Source: Dehalococcoidia bacterium (GTDB taxonomy: Bacteria > Chloroflexota > Dehalococcoidia > Lucifugimonadales > UBA1127). Taken from it: a stretch of DNA of 64,000 nucleotides. Each line of letters begins with the position of its first letter. Within the stretch, counting starts at the first letter, position 1. The stretch is from positions 98,110 through 162,109 of the forward strand of contig DAOUJQ010000013.1 of NCBI GenBank assembly GCA_034422455.1, in the 5' to 3' direction. This document shows positions 56,671 through 64,000 of the stretch, piece after piece. The notes under the pieces are model-generated. The model did not search any database. It was not told the origin of the DNA and was given only the letters and a program-made list of their open reading frames with translations. A program made the translations under genes and the position numbers.

Positions 56671-56726
56671 ACGTTGCCTTTGAGTATATGCCGCGCCAAG
56701 CTGGCCGCGCAACGAAATCCGCGTCG

Positions 56727-57290
56727 CTACACCGCGTCGAAGGGCGCGCCCCAGAGGGCGAACCACTGCTCCAGCCGCTTCTCCACCGGCAGGTGCTCGG
56801 CCACCTTGCGCGCCAGCTCCATCTCCAGCTCGTTGTCCCGACGCTGCGTCTCCGGGACGGGCGCGAAGGGGTAGAAAGTTCCGCGCTTGTGCGTGAAGAT
56901 CCAGTGCACCTCGTGGCCCTCGAAGGTGAAGGGGAAGACCGCCGCCAGCAGCAGGTCGCGGCCGCCGCGCTCGGCGAAGCTCTGGCTGACGACGTACAGC
57001 CCCATCGCCAGGTCCTCGAACTGCTCGTCCGCCAGCAGCACCCACCGGTAGCCGTACTCGTCCGTCTCCACGGCAAATCGCGTGCCCGTGTTCTGCTCGC
57101 CGGAGTGCAGCAGCCCGCGCAGCTCCTGCTCGAGATCGTCGAACGCGGCGCCGTCCCCCGGCTTGTATGTCAGGCCGGCCTTGCCCGTGCTGAACATCTG
57201 CAACGACCCGGACAGCGTCGGCTCGGCGACGGCGATGGCGAGGATGGCGTCGTCCGCCGACTTGCCCTTGCCGCCGCCGAAGAGGGGCAT
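56727..57290 (-). CDS. hypothetical protein translationally coupled to htpX
   Basis: 187-aa soluble ORF. Its ATG overlaps the htpX TAA (TAATG). No family recognised. Confidence 0.55.
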   Translation of the reverse strand: MPLFGGGKGKSADDAILAIAVAEPTLSGSLQMFSTGKAGLTYKPGDGAAFDDLEQELRGLLHSGEQNTGTRFAVETDEYGYRWVLLADEQFEDLAMGLYVVSQSFAERGGRDLLLAAVFPFTFEGHEVHWIFTHKRGTFYPFAPVPETQRRDNELEMELARKVAEHLPVEKRLEQWFALWGAPFDAV

Positions 57291-58213
57291 TACCGCCGCC
57301 CCTCGAGCTCGAGGGCCAGCTGGTTGAGCCGCTCGACGCGCTTGTCCATCGGCGGGTGCGACGCGAACAGGCCCGCCAGCGACTCGCCCTTGAGCGCGGA
57401 TACGATGAAGAAGGCGTTGGCCGTCTCCACCTTACGCAGGTCGTCCGTGGGGATCCGGGCGATGACGCCGGAGATCTTCTGCAGCGCGGAGGCGAGCTTG
57501 GACGGCCGGCCCGTCAGGTACGCGGCTCCGTGGTCCGCGGCGTATTCGCGGTAGCGCGACAGCGCCAGGATGAGGAGCGTCGCGACAAAGTACACGAGGA
57601 TGGAGACCAGGTAGGCCAGCATCAGCGCCGCGGCAAAATTGCCGCCGCCCGCGCGGTGCCGGCCCATCCCGCCAAACAGGCTCATCCACATGAGCATGTT
57701 CATCAGCATGGCCGCCACCGTCGCAAAGAAGCTCGCCAGCATCATCACGCGCACGTCGGCGTTCAGGATGTGCGTCAGCTCGTGGGCCAGCACGCCCTCC
57801 AGCTCGTCGTCGTCCAGCCGCTGCATGATCCCGGTGGTGACGCAGACCAGCGAGTTCTCGCGGTTGCGCCCCGTCGCAAAGGCGTTCGGCACGTGGGTGT
57901 TCGAGACGGCCACCTTGGGCTTGGGCATGTCAGCGCGCTCCACCAGCCGGTCGACCATGGCGTGCAGCTTGGGCTGCTCCTCCGGCGTGACCAGCTGCGC
58001 GTTCATCGACCGCAGCACCAGCTTGTCCGACGCGAACCACTGGATGCCCAGCATGACCGCCGCAATGACGATGACGAACTCGATGGGGACGCCGAGGCCG
58101 AACATGACGGTGATGAAGAAGAGGTACAGCGCGGCCAGCATGAACATGGTGAAGTACATGCGGACTCGCAATCCGCCGTCTCGCCGGTAGGTCCAGCGCG
58201 GGTTCATGGACAT
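57290..58213 (-). CDS. htpX: M48 zinc metalloprotease HtpX
   Basis: HELTHILNAD zinc motif, four hydrophobic segments, AAGGAG before ATG 58213. Confidence 0.9.
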   Translation of the reverse strand: MSMNPRWTYRRDGGLRVRMYFTMFMLAALYLFFITVMFGLGVPIEFVIVIAAVMLGIQWFASDKLVLRSMNAQLVTPEEQPKLHAMVDRLVERADMPKPKVAVSNTHVPNAFATGRNRENSLVCVTTGIMQRLDDDELEGVLAHELTHILNADVRVMMLASFFATVAAMLMNMLMWMSLFGGMGRHRAGGGNFAAALMLAYLVSILVYFVATLLILALSRYREYAADHGAAYLTGRPSKLASALQKISGVIARIPTDDLRKVETANAFFIVSALKGESLAGLFASHPPMDKRVERLNQLALELEGRR

Positions 58214-58367
58214 GGTCTGCTCCTTGGGCGCATGAAATGCCGCTCGGCATCTGGTGGTTACAGGGTCATTATAGCGCACGGGCGCCTCTCACGTTCTCGC
58301 GACGCTAGCCCTTTGCGTACCCCTTTCCCCGCGACACCGGAGGCTGGGGATACACGCCGCGACCGTC

Positions 58368-58740
58368 CCCACCCTGACACGGCTCCATTGCGCCGGCGCA
58401 GCGCCGCCCGCTACGCTCCCCCCATGCAAAGCCACAGCAATGCCCTCAACAGAGCTTCGAGGCCGCCGATGAAAACACCGGCGACGCGGCCTCCGGCCCA
58501 GTCGCGCGTTGTCAGGCCGGAGAAAATTGGGACTCGTTTCCTCTATTGCAGAATTCGTTCTGTAGCTGAGACGTGCCATTCCGGATACAAAACGAAGACC
58601 AAACGAGACCTCCCTCAGCCTTGGAACTCGTTTCTGCAAATTTGCAAATTTTGGTTTTGTAGCTGAGACATGCCTTTCCGGATACAAAACGAAGACCAGA
58701 CGGGACCTCCCTCAGCTACAACAAACGACGAAACGAGTTA
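58368..58740 (+). repeat. composite element copy E with tandemly duplicated 3' module
   Basis: CCCACCCTGACAC..CGCTACGCTCCCCCCATGCAAAGCCACAGCAA, then two 3' units. The 59-nt core TGTAGCTGAGAC(G/A)TGCC..CCTCCCTCAGC occurs at 58561-58619 and 58658-58716. 11-bp stem TTGTAGCTGAG/CTCAGCTACAA (58657-58667 / 58711-58721). Confidence 0.8.
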
Positions 58741-58799
58741 ACCGTTGTACTTGCTGGCTATCGCCGGCATGACGGAAAGGGTGCGAGGGTGAGCGGCGG

Positions 58800-59285
58800 C
58801 TATGCGTTCTGCCCCAGGCTGATGATGACGACGCCGGCCACGACCAGCGCTGCCCCATTCACCACCCGCCACGTGATGCGCTCCATGCCCCGGATGAAGA
58901 CCTGCGAGAAGAGGATGGCCGTCAGCGGGTTCATCGCAAGGATGGGTGCGACCACCACGACGGGAGCGTTCGATACGGCCAGGAACATGAGCATGATGCC
59001 GCCGCCCGCGCCCAGGCCCCCCAGTGCCGCCCACACCCAGGCGCGCCGTCGTGTGCCTCTGTCGCGGCGTACGTCGGGCGCGGAGACAACCGTCAGCACC
59101 AGCATGCCGAAGGTCATCCCCAGCGCCGCGGCCAGAAGCGGAGGGGTGTCCTCCACCACCTGCTTCGCCAGGATCAAGCTGGCCCCATAGGCGAGGCACG
59201 CCGCGCCCGCCAGCGCATAGCCAACCACCTGCGTCCGGGTCAGCGCCGGGCGTGGCGCTTCCGCCGCCGGCTGTGGAGGCCTCAT
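58800..59285 (-). CDS. EamA-domain (DMT superfamily) half-transporter, C-terminal-type half
   Basis: 162 aa, a single EamA-like five-helix unit. Its ATG overlaps the stop of the upstream half (ATGA). Confidence 0.65.
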   Translation of the reverse strand: MRPPQPAAEAPRPALTRTQVVGYALAGAACLAYGASLILAKQVVEDTPPLLAAALGMTFGMLVLTVVSAPDVRRDRGTRRRAWVWAALGGLGAGGGIMLMFLAVSNAPVVVVAPILAMNPLTAILFSQVFIRGMERITWRVVNGAALVVAGVVIISLGQNA

Positions 59286-59707
59286 CGCCGGTCCGTCACG
59301 ATCAGGAGCACGCCGGCCATGACGGTCAGCCCTCCCAGAATGAGCCACACGTTGATCTGCTCGTTCAGGAACAGGATCGCCAGCACAAGTGCGGGGACCG
59401 GCGAGGCCGAGACGACGGGGACCGACCGGCTGAGCCCGATGCGGCTGATGCTTGAGTAGTTCAGGAACCTGCCGAGGAGAAAGTTGGACATGCCGTAGAA
59501 GAATATGGTGACCAGGGCGCCCAGCGTCATGGTGGTCAGGGCTTCCCAATGCAGTACAAAGGACAGCGGTATGAGCAGGAGGAGGCCGCTGAAGAGGGAA
59601 AAGACGGCGCTGGTGGTCGGCCGCATGTCCCGGAGCGCCAGGCGGATCCAAACGTTGCCCATGCCCCACACCGTGGAGGCCCCCAGGGCAAAGAGGATGC
59701 CGGTCAT
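59282..59707 (-). CDS. EamA-domain (DMT superfamily) half-transporter, N-terminal-type half
   Basis: 141 aa, a single EamA-like unit (ILFALGASTVWGMGNV..). ATGA overlap with the purQ stop. Confidence 0.65.
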   Translation of the reverse strand: MTGILFALGASTVWGMGNVWIRLALRDMRPTTSAVFSLFSGLLLLIPLSFVLHWEALTTMTLGALVTIFFYGMSNFLLGRFLNYSSISRIGLSRSVPVVSASPVPALVLAILFLNEQINVWLILGGLTVMAGVLLIVTDRR

Positions 59708-60399
59708 ACGGTGGACCGCTCACCCAGGATGGAGTGGAAGATGCGCAGGCCGTCCGTCCCGCCCAGCAGCGCGGACGACGCCCGCTCAGGGTGCGGCATC
59801 ATCCCCAGCACGTTGCCCCGCCTGTTGACGATCCCCGCAATGTTGTTGAAGGAGCCGTTGGGGTTGGCCTCCGCCGTCGGCACTCCCTCGGCGTTGGCGT
59901 ACCGGAAGACCACCTGGCTGTTGATCTCCAGGTCCCTCAGCTCGCGGGGCGACGCATAGTAGCGGCCCTCGCCGTGCGAGACCGGCATGCCGAGGGCGTC
60001 GCCAACGTGGCAGGCGCTGGTGAACGGCGTGTCCGCGTTCTCGACGCGCAGGTGCGTCCACTCGCACCGGAACTCCAGGTGGTCGTTGCGCAGCAGCGCG
60101 CCGGGCAGCAGCCCCGCCTCGCAGAGGATCTGGAAGCCGTTGCAGCTCCCCAGCACCAGCCCGCCCCGCTCGGCGTAGGTCGCCACCGACTCCATGACGG
60201 GCGAGAGGCTGGCGATTGCGCCGGTGCGGAGGTAGTCGCCGTAGGCGAAGCCGCCGGGCAGCACGACGCAGTCAAAGCCGCTCAGGTCGCGCTCCTTGTG
60301 CCACACGTAGCGTACGTCCTGCTCCAGCGACTCGCCCAACGCGACGCCGAAGTCGCGGTCGCTCCACGTGCCGGGGAAGACCACCACGCCGAATCTCAT
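59704..60399 (-). CDS. purQ: phosphoribosylformylglycinamidine synthase, glutaminase subunit
   Basis: MRFGVVVFPG, LPGGFAYGDYLR, catalytic GSCNGFQIL, MMPHPER. Start trimmed to ATG 60399. Confidence 0.9.
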   Translation of the reverse strand: MRFGVVVFPGTWSDRDFGVALGESLEQDVRYVWHKERDLSGFDCVVLPGGFAYGDYLRTGAIASLSPVMESVATYAERGGLVLGSCNGFQILCEAGLLPGALLRNDHLEFRCEWTHLRVENADTPFTSACHVGDALGMPVSHGEGRYYASPRELRDLEINSQVVFRYANAEGVPTAEANPNGSFNNIAGIVNRRGNVLGMMPHPERASSALLGGTDGLRIFHSILGERSTV

Positions 60400-60427
60400 G
60401 CGCGCTCCGTCCTGCTTACGCCGCCTC

Positions 60428-60530
60428 TTCTTCCCGGCGAAAGCCGGGATCCAGGGGCGGGGCGTCTCTCCCGCATCCGCTCGCCCTGAGCTCCGTCGTA
60501 GGGTCGCCCTGAGCTTGTCGAAGGGCCTCC
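60428..60530 (+). repeat. repeat cluster VIII (R2-like plus degenerate R1 x2)
   Basis: CTTCCCGGCGAAAGCCGGGATCCAGGGGCGGGG; CGCTCGCCCTGAGCTCCGTCGTAGGGTCGCCCTGAGCTTGTCGAAGGG. Confidence 0.8.
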
Positions 60531-60614
60531 AGAACTGTTGGATTATCCCGTAAACAAAACACCCCAACCGCGTTTCCGGCTGGGGTGATGTCCTCCTCCA
60601 AGGCCCCTCCGCTG

Positions 60615-61061
60615 CTAGGCTTGAAGCAACTCCGACACCGTCGCGTTCACGAGGCCGCCGTCGGCCTTGCCCTTGAGCTGCCCCATCAGCTTACCCATGA
60701 CCTTGCCCTTGTCGCCAGGGCCCGCCGCGCCCAGTTCGGCGATGATAGCCCGTGCCGCCGCTTCAACCTCGTCGCGGCCCATGAGCTGCGGCAGGTACTG
60801 CTCCAGCACCGCCAGCTCCGCCGACTCCTGCTCTTCCCGGTCGCTGCGTCCTGCCGTTCGGTAGGCCTCGATGCTGTCGCGGCGCTGCCTCGCCTGCTGC
60901 TGGAGCGCGGCGAGGGTCTCGCCGTCGTCCAGGGGCCCGCCCTTGGCCTTCTCGGCGTAGGCGATGGCGTTGCGGGCCATACGTACGACGTCCCGGCGCA
61001 GCGTGTCGCCGGAACGCATGGCCTCTTTGAGGTCGTCAGCCAGCCGGTCCTGGAGCGTCAT
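60615..61061 (-). CDS. GatB/YqeY domain protein
   Basis: LKEAMRSGD..RDVVRMARNAI..Y..LPQLM..GKVMGKLMGQLKGKADG. Confidence 0.85.
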   Translation of the reverse strand: MTLQDRLADDLKEAMRSGDTLRRDVVRMARNAIAYAEKAKGGPLDDGETLAALQQQARQRRDSIEAYRTAGRSDREEQESAELAVLEQYLPQLMGRDEVEAAARAIIAELGAAGPGDKGKVMGKLMGQLKGKADGGLVNATVSELLQA

Positions 61062-61068
61062 GGCAAGG

Positions 61069-61251
61069 CTACGAGTTCTTGCGGCTCTTGCGGCGCTTGG
61101 CGGCTTCCTTCTTCTTGCGCGTCACGCTGGGCGGCTCGAAGTGCGCCCGGCGTCGCGCCTCGGACAGGATGCCGTCCTGCTGTACGCGCTTGTTGAAGCG
61201 GCGGAGCATGCTCTCGAAGCTCTCGCCTTCCAACTGGTGGACTTCAGACAA
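61069..61251 (-). CDS. rpsU: 30S ribosomal protein S21
   Basis: (M)SEVHQLEGESFESMLRRFNKRVQQDGILSEARRR..EPPSVTRKKK. TTG 61251 with GAGG upstream gives the canonical N-terminus; the track start is 61263. Confidence 0.85.
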   Translation of the reverse strand: MSEVHQLEGESFESMLRRFNKRVQQDGILSEARRRAHFEPPSVTRKKKEAAKRRKSRKNS

Positions 61252-61283
61252 TTCTTGCCTCACTTCTGTTGCTTGGAAGCTTG

Positions 61284-61312
61284 AGTATAGGTGGATTTCG
61301 CAGGGGGGTCAA
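61284..61312 (-). promoter_or_regulatory. putative rpsU promoter (TTGACC-N17-TATACT)
   Basis: Minus-strand TTGACC (61312-61307), 17-nt spacer, TATACT (61289-61284). Confidence 0.55.
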
Positions 61313-61322
61313 GGAACGCGCC

Positions 61323-61351
61323 TTGGCAGCCGTAGGGGCGTCCCCTATAGT
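61323..61351 (+). promoter_or_regulatory. putative promoter of the rumA-maf gene (TTGGCA-N17-TATAGT), near-leaderless
   Basis: TTGGCA 61323-61328, 17-nt spacer, TATAGT 61346-61351. ATG 61362 is only 10 nt downstream and has no SD. Confidence 0.5.
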
Positions 61352-61361
61352 TAGTCCTGCT

Positions 61362-63236
61362 ATGGCGGAGGCAACGCAACACGCCGCGACGGGGGCGCTC
61401 GCGCCCGGCGACCGCATCGAGCTCACCCTGCTGGAGCTTACCCCGACGGGCGAGTGCACGGCCACGCTCGACGGCGGGCCCGTCACCGTCTTCGGCGGCA
61501 TCCCCGGCGAGCGCGTCGTGGCCGAGGTGGTCCGGCGCCGCCGCGACGCCGTCGCCGCCCGCGTGGTCGAGGTGCTGGAGCCATCGCCGCACCGGGTGGC
61601 GTCCGACTGCGAGTATTTCTGGCCCTGCACCGGCTGCCAGTGGCGGCACGTCTCGTACGAGCGCCAGCTCGAAATCAAGCGGGAGCGCGTCGAGGCGACT
61701 CTGCGGGCCGAGCCGGGGCTCGCCGGCGTCGTTGTCCAGCCCACCATGCCCAGCCGCTCGACGTCCGGCTACCGGAACCACGCGCGCTTCACCATCGGGC
61801 CCGGCGGCACGCTGGGCTACGTCAACCACACGACCCGGCGCTTCCTGCGTGTGGACCGCTGCGACCTGATGCACCCGTGGATCAACGACGCCCTGAGCCA
61901 ACTGCAGGAGCGCTGCGCCGAGACCACGCAGCTCTCCGTCCGCTACGGCGTCAACACCGGCGACTACCTCGTGCAGCCGCGGCTCGTTGGGCACGGCATT
62001 GAGCTGGAGAGCGGGCAGAAGCACTACACGGAGGCGATGCTGGGCCGGGAGTTCCGCGTAGCATCGCCTTCATTCTTCCAGGTCAACACGCCGACGGCGG
62101 AGGCCATGGTGGAGCTGGTCGGCGACCAACTGCATCTCCGGCCCACCGACCTGCTCGTGGACGCCTACGCCGGCGTGGGGGTGTTCGCCCGCCTGCTGGC
62201 CGATCGCTGCCGCCGGGTCATCGCCATCGAGGAGTCGTCCGCGGCGGTCAAGGACGCCCGCGTCAACGCCGAGGACTCGCCCACCGTCGAGTTCCGCCTC
62301 GGCAAGACGGAAGACGTGCTGCCGGCGCTCGATGAGACGCCCGACGCCCTCATCCTGGACCCGCCCCGCGCCGGCTGCGACCGCCGGGCCCTGGACGCCG
62401 TCGTGCGCTTTGGCCCCCGCCGGATCGCGTACGTCTCCTGCGAGCCGGAAGCCCTTGCGCGCGACCTTGCGGTTCTGGTGGAAGGCGGCTACTACGTCGA
62501 CCTCGTCCAGCCCGTCGACCTCTTCCCGCATACCCACCACATCGAGGCCATAGCGGTGCTGTCACGAGCCGCCAACGAGAATACCCCGTCGCTTACCCTG
62601 GCGTCGGCGTCGCCCCGCCGACGCGAGCTGCTGCAGCTCCTCGGGCTCGACTACGACGTTGCGGTCTCCGGCGTGGACGAGACGCCGGCGGAGAGCGAAG
62701 ACACGCCGGAGGGGATCGCGCAGTCGCTGGCGCTCCGCAAGGCGCGGGCCGTCGCCGCCGGGCGGTCGTCCGGCCTCGTGCTCGGCGCCGACACCGTCGG
62801 CGCACTGGACGGGGTCATCTACGGCAAGCCCAGCGACGCCGCGGAGGCCGAGGCGACGCTCCGTGCGCTGCGAGGGCGAACGCACACCGTCGTCACCGGC
62901 GTCGCGCTCGTGGACGCCGCCACGGGCGAGGCGGCCGCCGCCTACGACGCCACGCGGGTCACCATGCGCGACTTCACGGACGCCGAGATGGCCTCCTACA
63001 TCGCCTCCGGCAACCCCATGGACAAGGCGGGCGCCTACGCGGCGCAGGACGCGGCCTTCCACCCCGCGGCCGCCATCGACGGGTGCTGGACCAACGTCAT
63101 CGGCCTGCCGCTTTGCCGCGTACGGACACTCCTCGCCCAGCACGGCGTCGATACCCCGGAAGGCGCTGAGTGGGGACCCCTCGGCGAGTGCGCGGGCTGC
63201 GCCTCCATCCCCGAGAAGGGTTGGCCGCTGCCATGA
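61362..63236 (+). CDS. fusion protein: TRAM/RumA-type RNA (uracil-5-)-methyltransferase plus Maf nucleoside-triphosphate pyrophosphatase
   Basis: N-part: TRAM, Cys cluster CEYFWPCTGCQW, FFQVN, ILDPPRAGC, YVSCEP, LFPHTHHIEAIAVL. Short linker AANENTPS. C-part: LTLASASPRRRELL, GADTVGALDG..GKP, MDKAGAYAAQD. No stop and no canonical internal start lies between the domains. Confidence 0.85.
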   Translation: MAEATQHAATGALAPGDRIELTLLELTPTGECTATLDGGPVTVFGGIPGERVVAEVVRRRRDAVAARVVEVLEPSPHRVASDCEYFWPCTGCQWRHVSYERQLEIKRERVEATLRAEPGLAGVVVQPTMPSRSTSGYRNHARFTIGPGGTLGYVNHTTRRFLRVDRCDLMHPWINDALSQLQERCAETTQLSVRYGVNTGDYLVQPRLVGHGIELESGQKHYTEAMLGREFRVASPSFFQVNTPTAEAMVELVGDQLHLRPTDLLVDAYAGVGVFARLLADRCRRVIAIEESSAAVKDARVNAEDSPTVEFRLGKTEDVLPALDETPDALILDPPRAGCDRRALDAVVRFGPRRIAYVSCEPEALARDLAVLVEGGYYVDLVQPVDLFPHTHHIEAIAVLSRAANENTPSLTLASASPRRRELLQLLGLDYDVAVSGVDETPAESEDTPEGIAQSLALRKARAVAAGRSSGLVLGADTVGALDGVIYGKPSDAAEAEATLRALRGRTHTVVTGVALVDAATGEAAAAYDATRVTMRDFTDAEMASYIASGNPMDKAGAYAAQDAAFHPAAAIDGCWTNVIGLPLCRVRTLLAQHGVDTPEGAEWGPLGECAGCASIPEKGWPLP

Positions 63237-63499
63237 ACGTGATGGGTGTCGGGCCCCTGGAGCTGTTCGTCGTGCTCCTCGTCGCCTTCCTGGTGCTCGG
63301 CCCCGAGCGCATGGTCGAGTCGGCGCGCTCCATCGGCAAGACGGTCAACGACCTGAAGCAGACCTTCTCCGGCATCCCCCGCACCCTTGACGACCTGCTG
63401 GAGGAGCCAGAGCCCCCCGACGAGGGCCCCGGCGTCGCGCGCCCGCGGCGGTCCCGCTCATCCCCCCGCGACACTGACGACACCGACGCGAAGGAGTAG
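63233..63499 (+). CDS. tatA: twin-arginine translocase TatA/TatB-family protein
   Basis: MGVGPLELFVVLLVAFLVLGPERM, then an amphipathic and acidic tail. ATGA overlap with the upstream gene. Confidence 0.85.
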   Translation: MNVMGVGPLELFVVLLVAFLVLGPERMVESARSIGKTVNDLKQTFSGIPRTLDDLLEEPEPPDEGPGVARPRRSRSSPRDTDDTDAKE

Positions 63500-63501
63500 C
63501 C

Positions 63502-64000
63502 GTGCCGGACGACGCGCGCCCGCTCCGCAAACACCTGGAGGAACTGCGCTGGCGGTTGCTGGTGGTGGTCATCGCCGTTGTCATTGGCGCAGCGGTCAGC
63601 GTCGTCTTCTTCCGCCCGCTCGTGGAGGTCCTGCTCCGCCCCGGCGAGGGCTACCTGTCCAGCTCCGGCGGTCCCATCTACACGGAGCTCACCGAGCTGC
63701 TGGGCGTGACCGTCAAGGTCGCGCTGCTGGGCGGCCTCGTCATCGCCTTGCCCATCCTCACGTACCAGGTCGTGGCCTTCGTATCGCCGGGGCTGACGCG
63801 CCGGGAGAAGACGTACCTGATGTCGCTGACGCCCGCCGCGCTGGTCTGCTTCGGGCTTGGTGTGGCCTTCGCCTACTTCGTGATCATCCCGCCCATGCTC
63901 AAGTTCCTGCTCACCTACGCCAACGACGTCGCCGTGCCGATGATCCGCATCAGCAACTACGTGAACATCCTGGTCACGCTGGTCTTCTGGATGGGCGTCA
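63502..64000 (+). CDS. tatC: twin-arginine translocase subunit TatC (3' end beyond the window)
   Basis: My own translation from GTG 63502 (AAGGAG upstream): VPDDARPLRKHLEELRWRLL..FVSPGLTRREKTYL... Not in the track because the ORF runs off the window. Confidence 0.8.
   Translation, partial: MPDDARPLRKHLEELRWRLLVVVIAVVIGAAVSVVFFRPLVEVLLRPGEGYLSSSGGPIYTELTELLGVTVKVALLGGLVIALPILTYQVVAFVSPGLTRREKTYLMSLTPAALVCFGLGVAFAYFVIIPPMLKFLLTYANDVAVPMIRISNYVNILVTLVFWMGV

Noticed and set aside
58800-59723. 307-aa ORF as one full-length EamA transporter
   Set aside because: Its N-terminal 146 aa are P/R/H-rich and non-hydrophobic, an out-of-frame reading of the N-half gene. The hydrophobic EamA N-half lies in another frame (59282..59707).
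1-64000. tRNA, rRNA, tmRNA and RNase P RNA genes
   Set aside because: Scanning by eye, I found no T-arm (GGTTCGAATCC-like) or cloverleaf candidates and no rRNA-like conserved blocks. A dedicated tool could still find something I missed.

Overview
This is a GC-rich bacterial chromosomal segment. I cannot assign a taxon from the sequence alone. I saw no rRNA, tRNA or CRISPR array. About 60 protein genes are credible and most are housekeeping: apt, lipB, nfo, rnc, ispD-ispF-cysS, gatB, secG, korAB, thyX, acnA, modABC, purQ, rpsU and tatAC. There is also an Opp/Dpp-type ABC transporter operon with three tandem OppB-like permease paralogues and no binding protein. A 5'-truncated large serine recombinase sits at the left edge, and there is a decayed brnT/brnA toxin-antitoxin pair. 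Many long ORFs in the supplied track are antisense or repeat-derived artefacts of the GC-rich sequence. The most notable observations are these. (1) Two genes, one DsbA-like and one a rhodanese, each carry an in-frame TGA exactly at the catalytic Cys position, followed by a hairpin, so both are candidate selenoproteins. (2) Intergenic space is filled with several families of hairpin-forming repeats. One is a roughly 170-380 nt composite element at 5 loci whose AT-rich 3' module has a stem with compensatory base changes. Every copy of every family that I found lies in the same orientation. (3) One repeat insertion is flanked by a perfect 19-nt direct duplication that splits two formerly overlapping genes. 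(4) Gene-level oddities include a RumA-Maf fusion, a tandem ThyX with complementary motif loss, ispF apparently starting at ATC, a Cys-type CcmE, and an EamA transporter split into two coupled halves. All functional calls come from reading the translations by eye. No database search was run.
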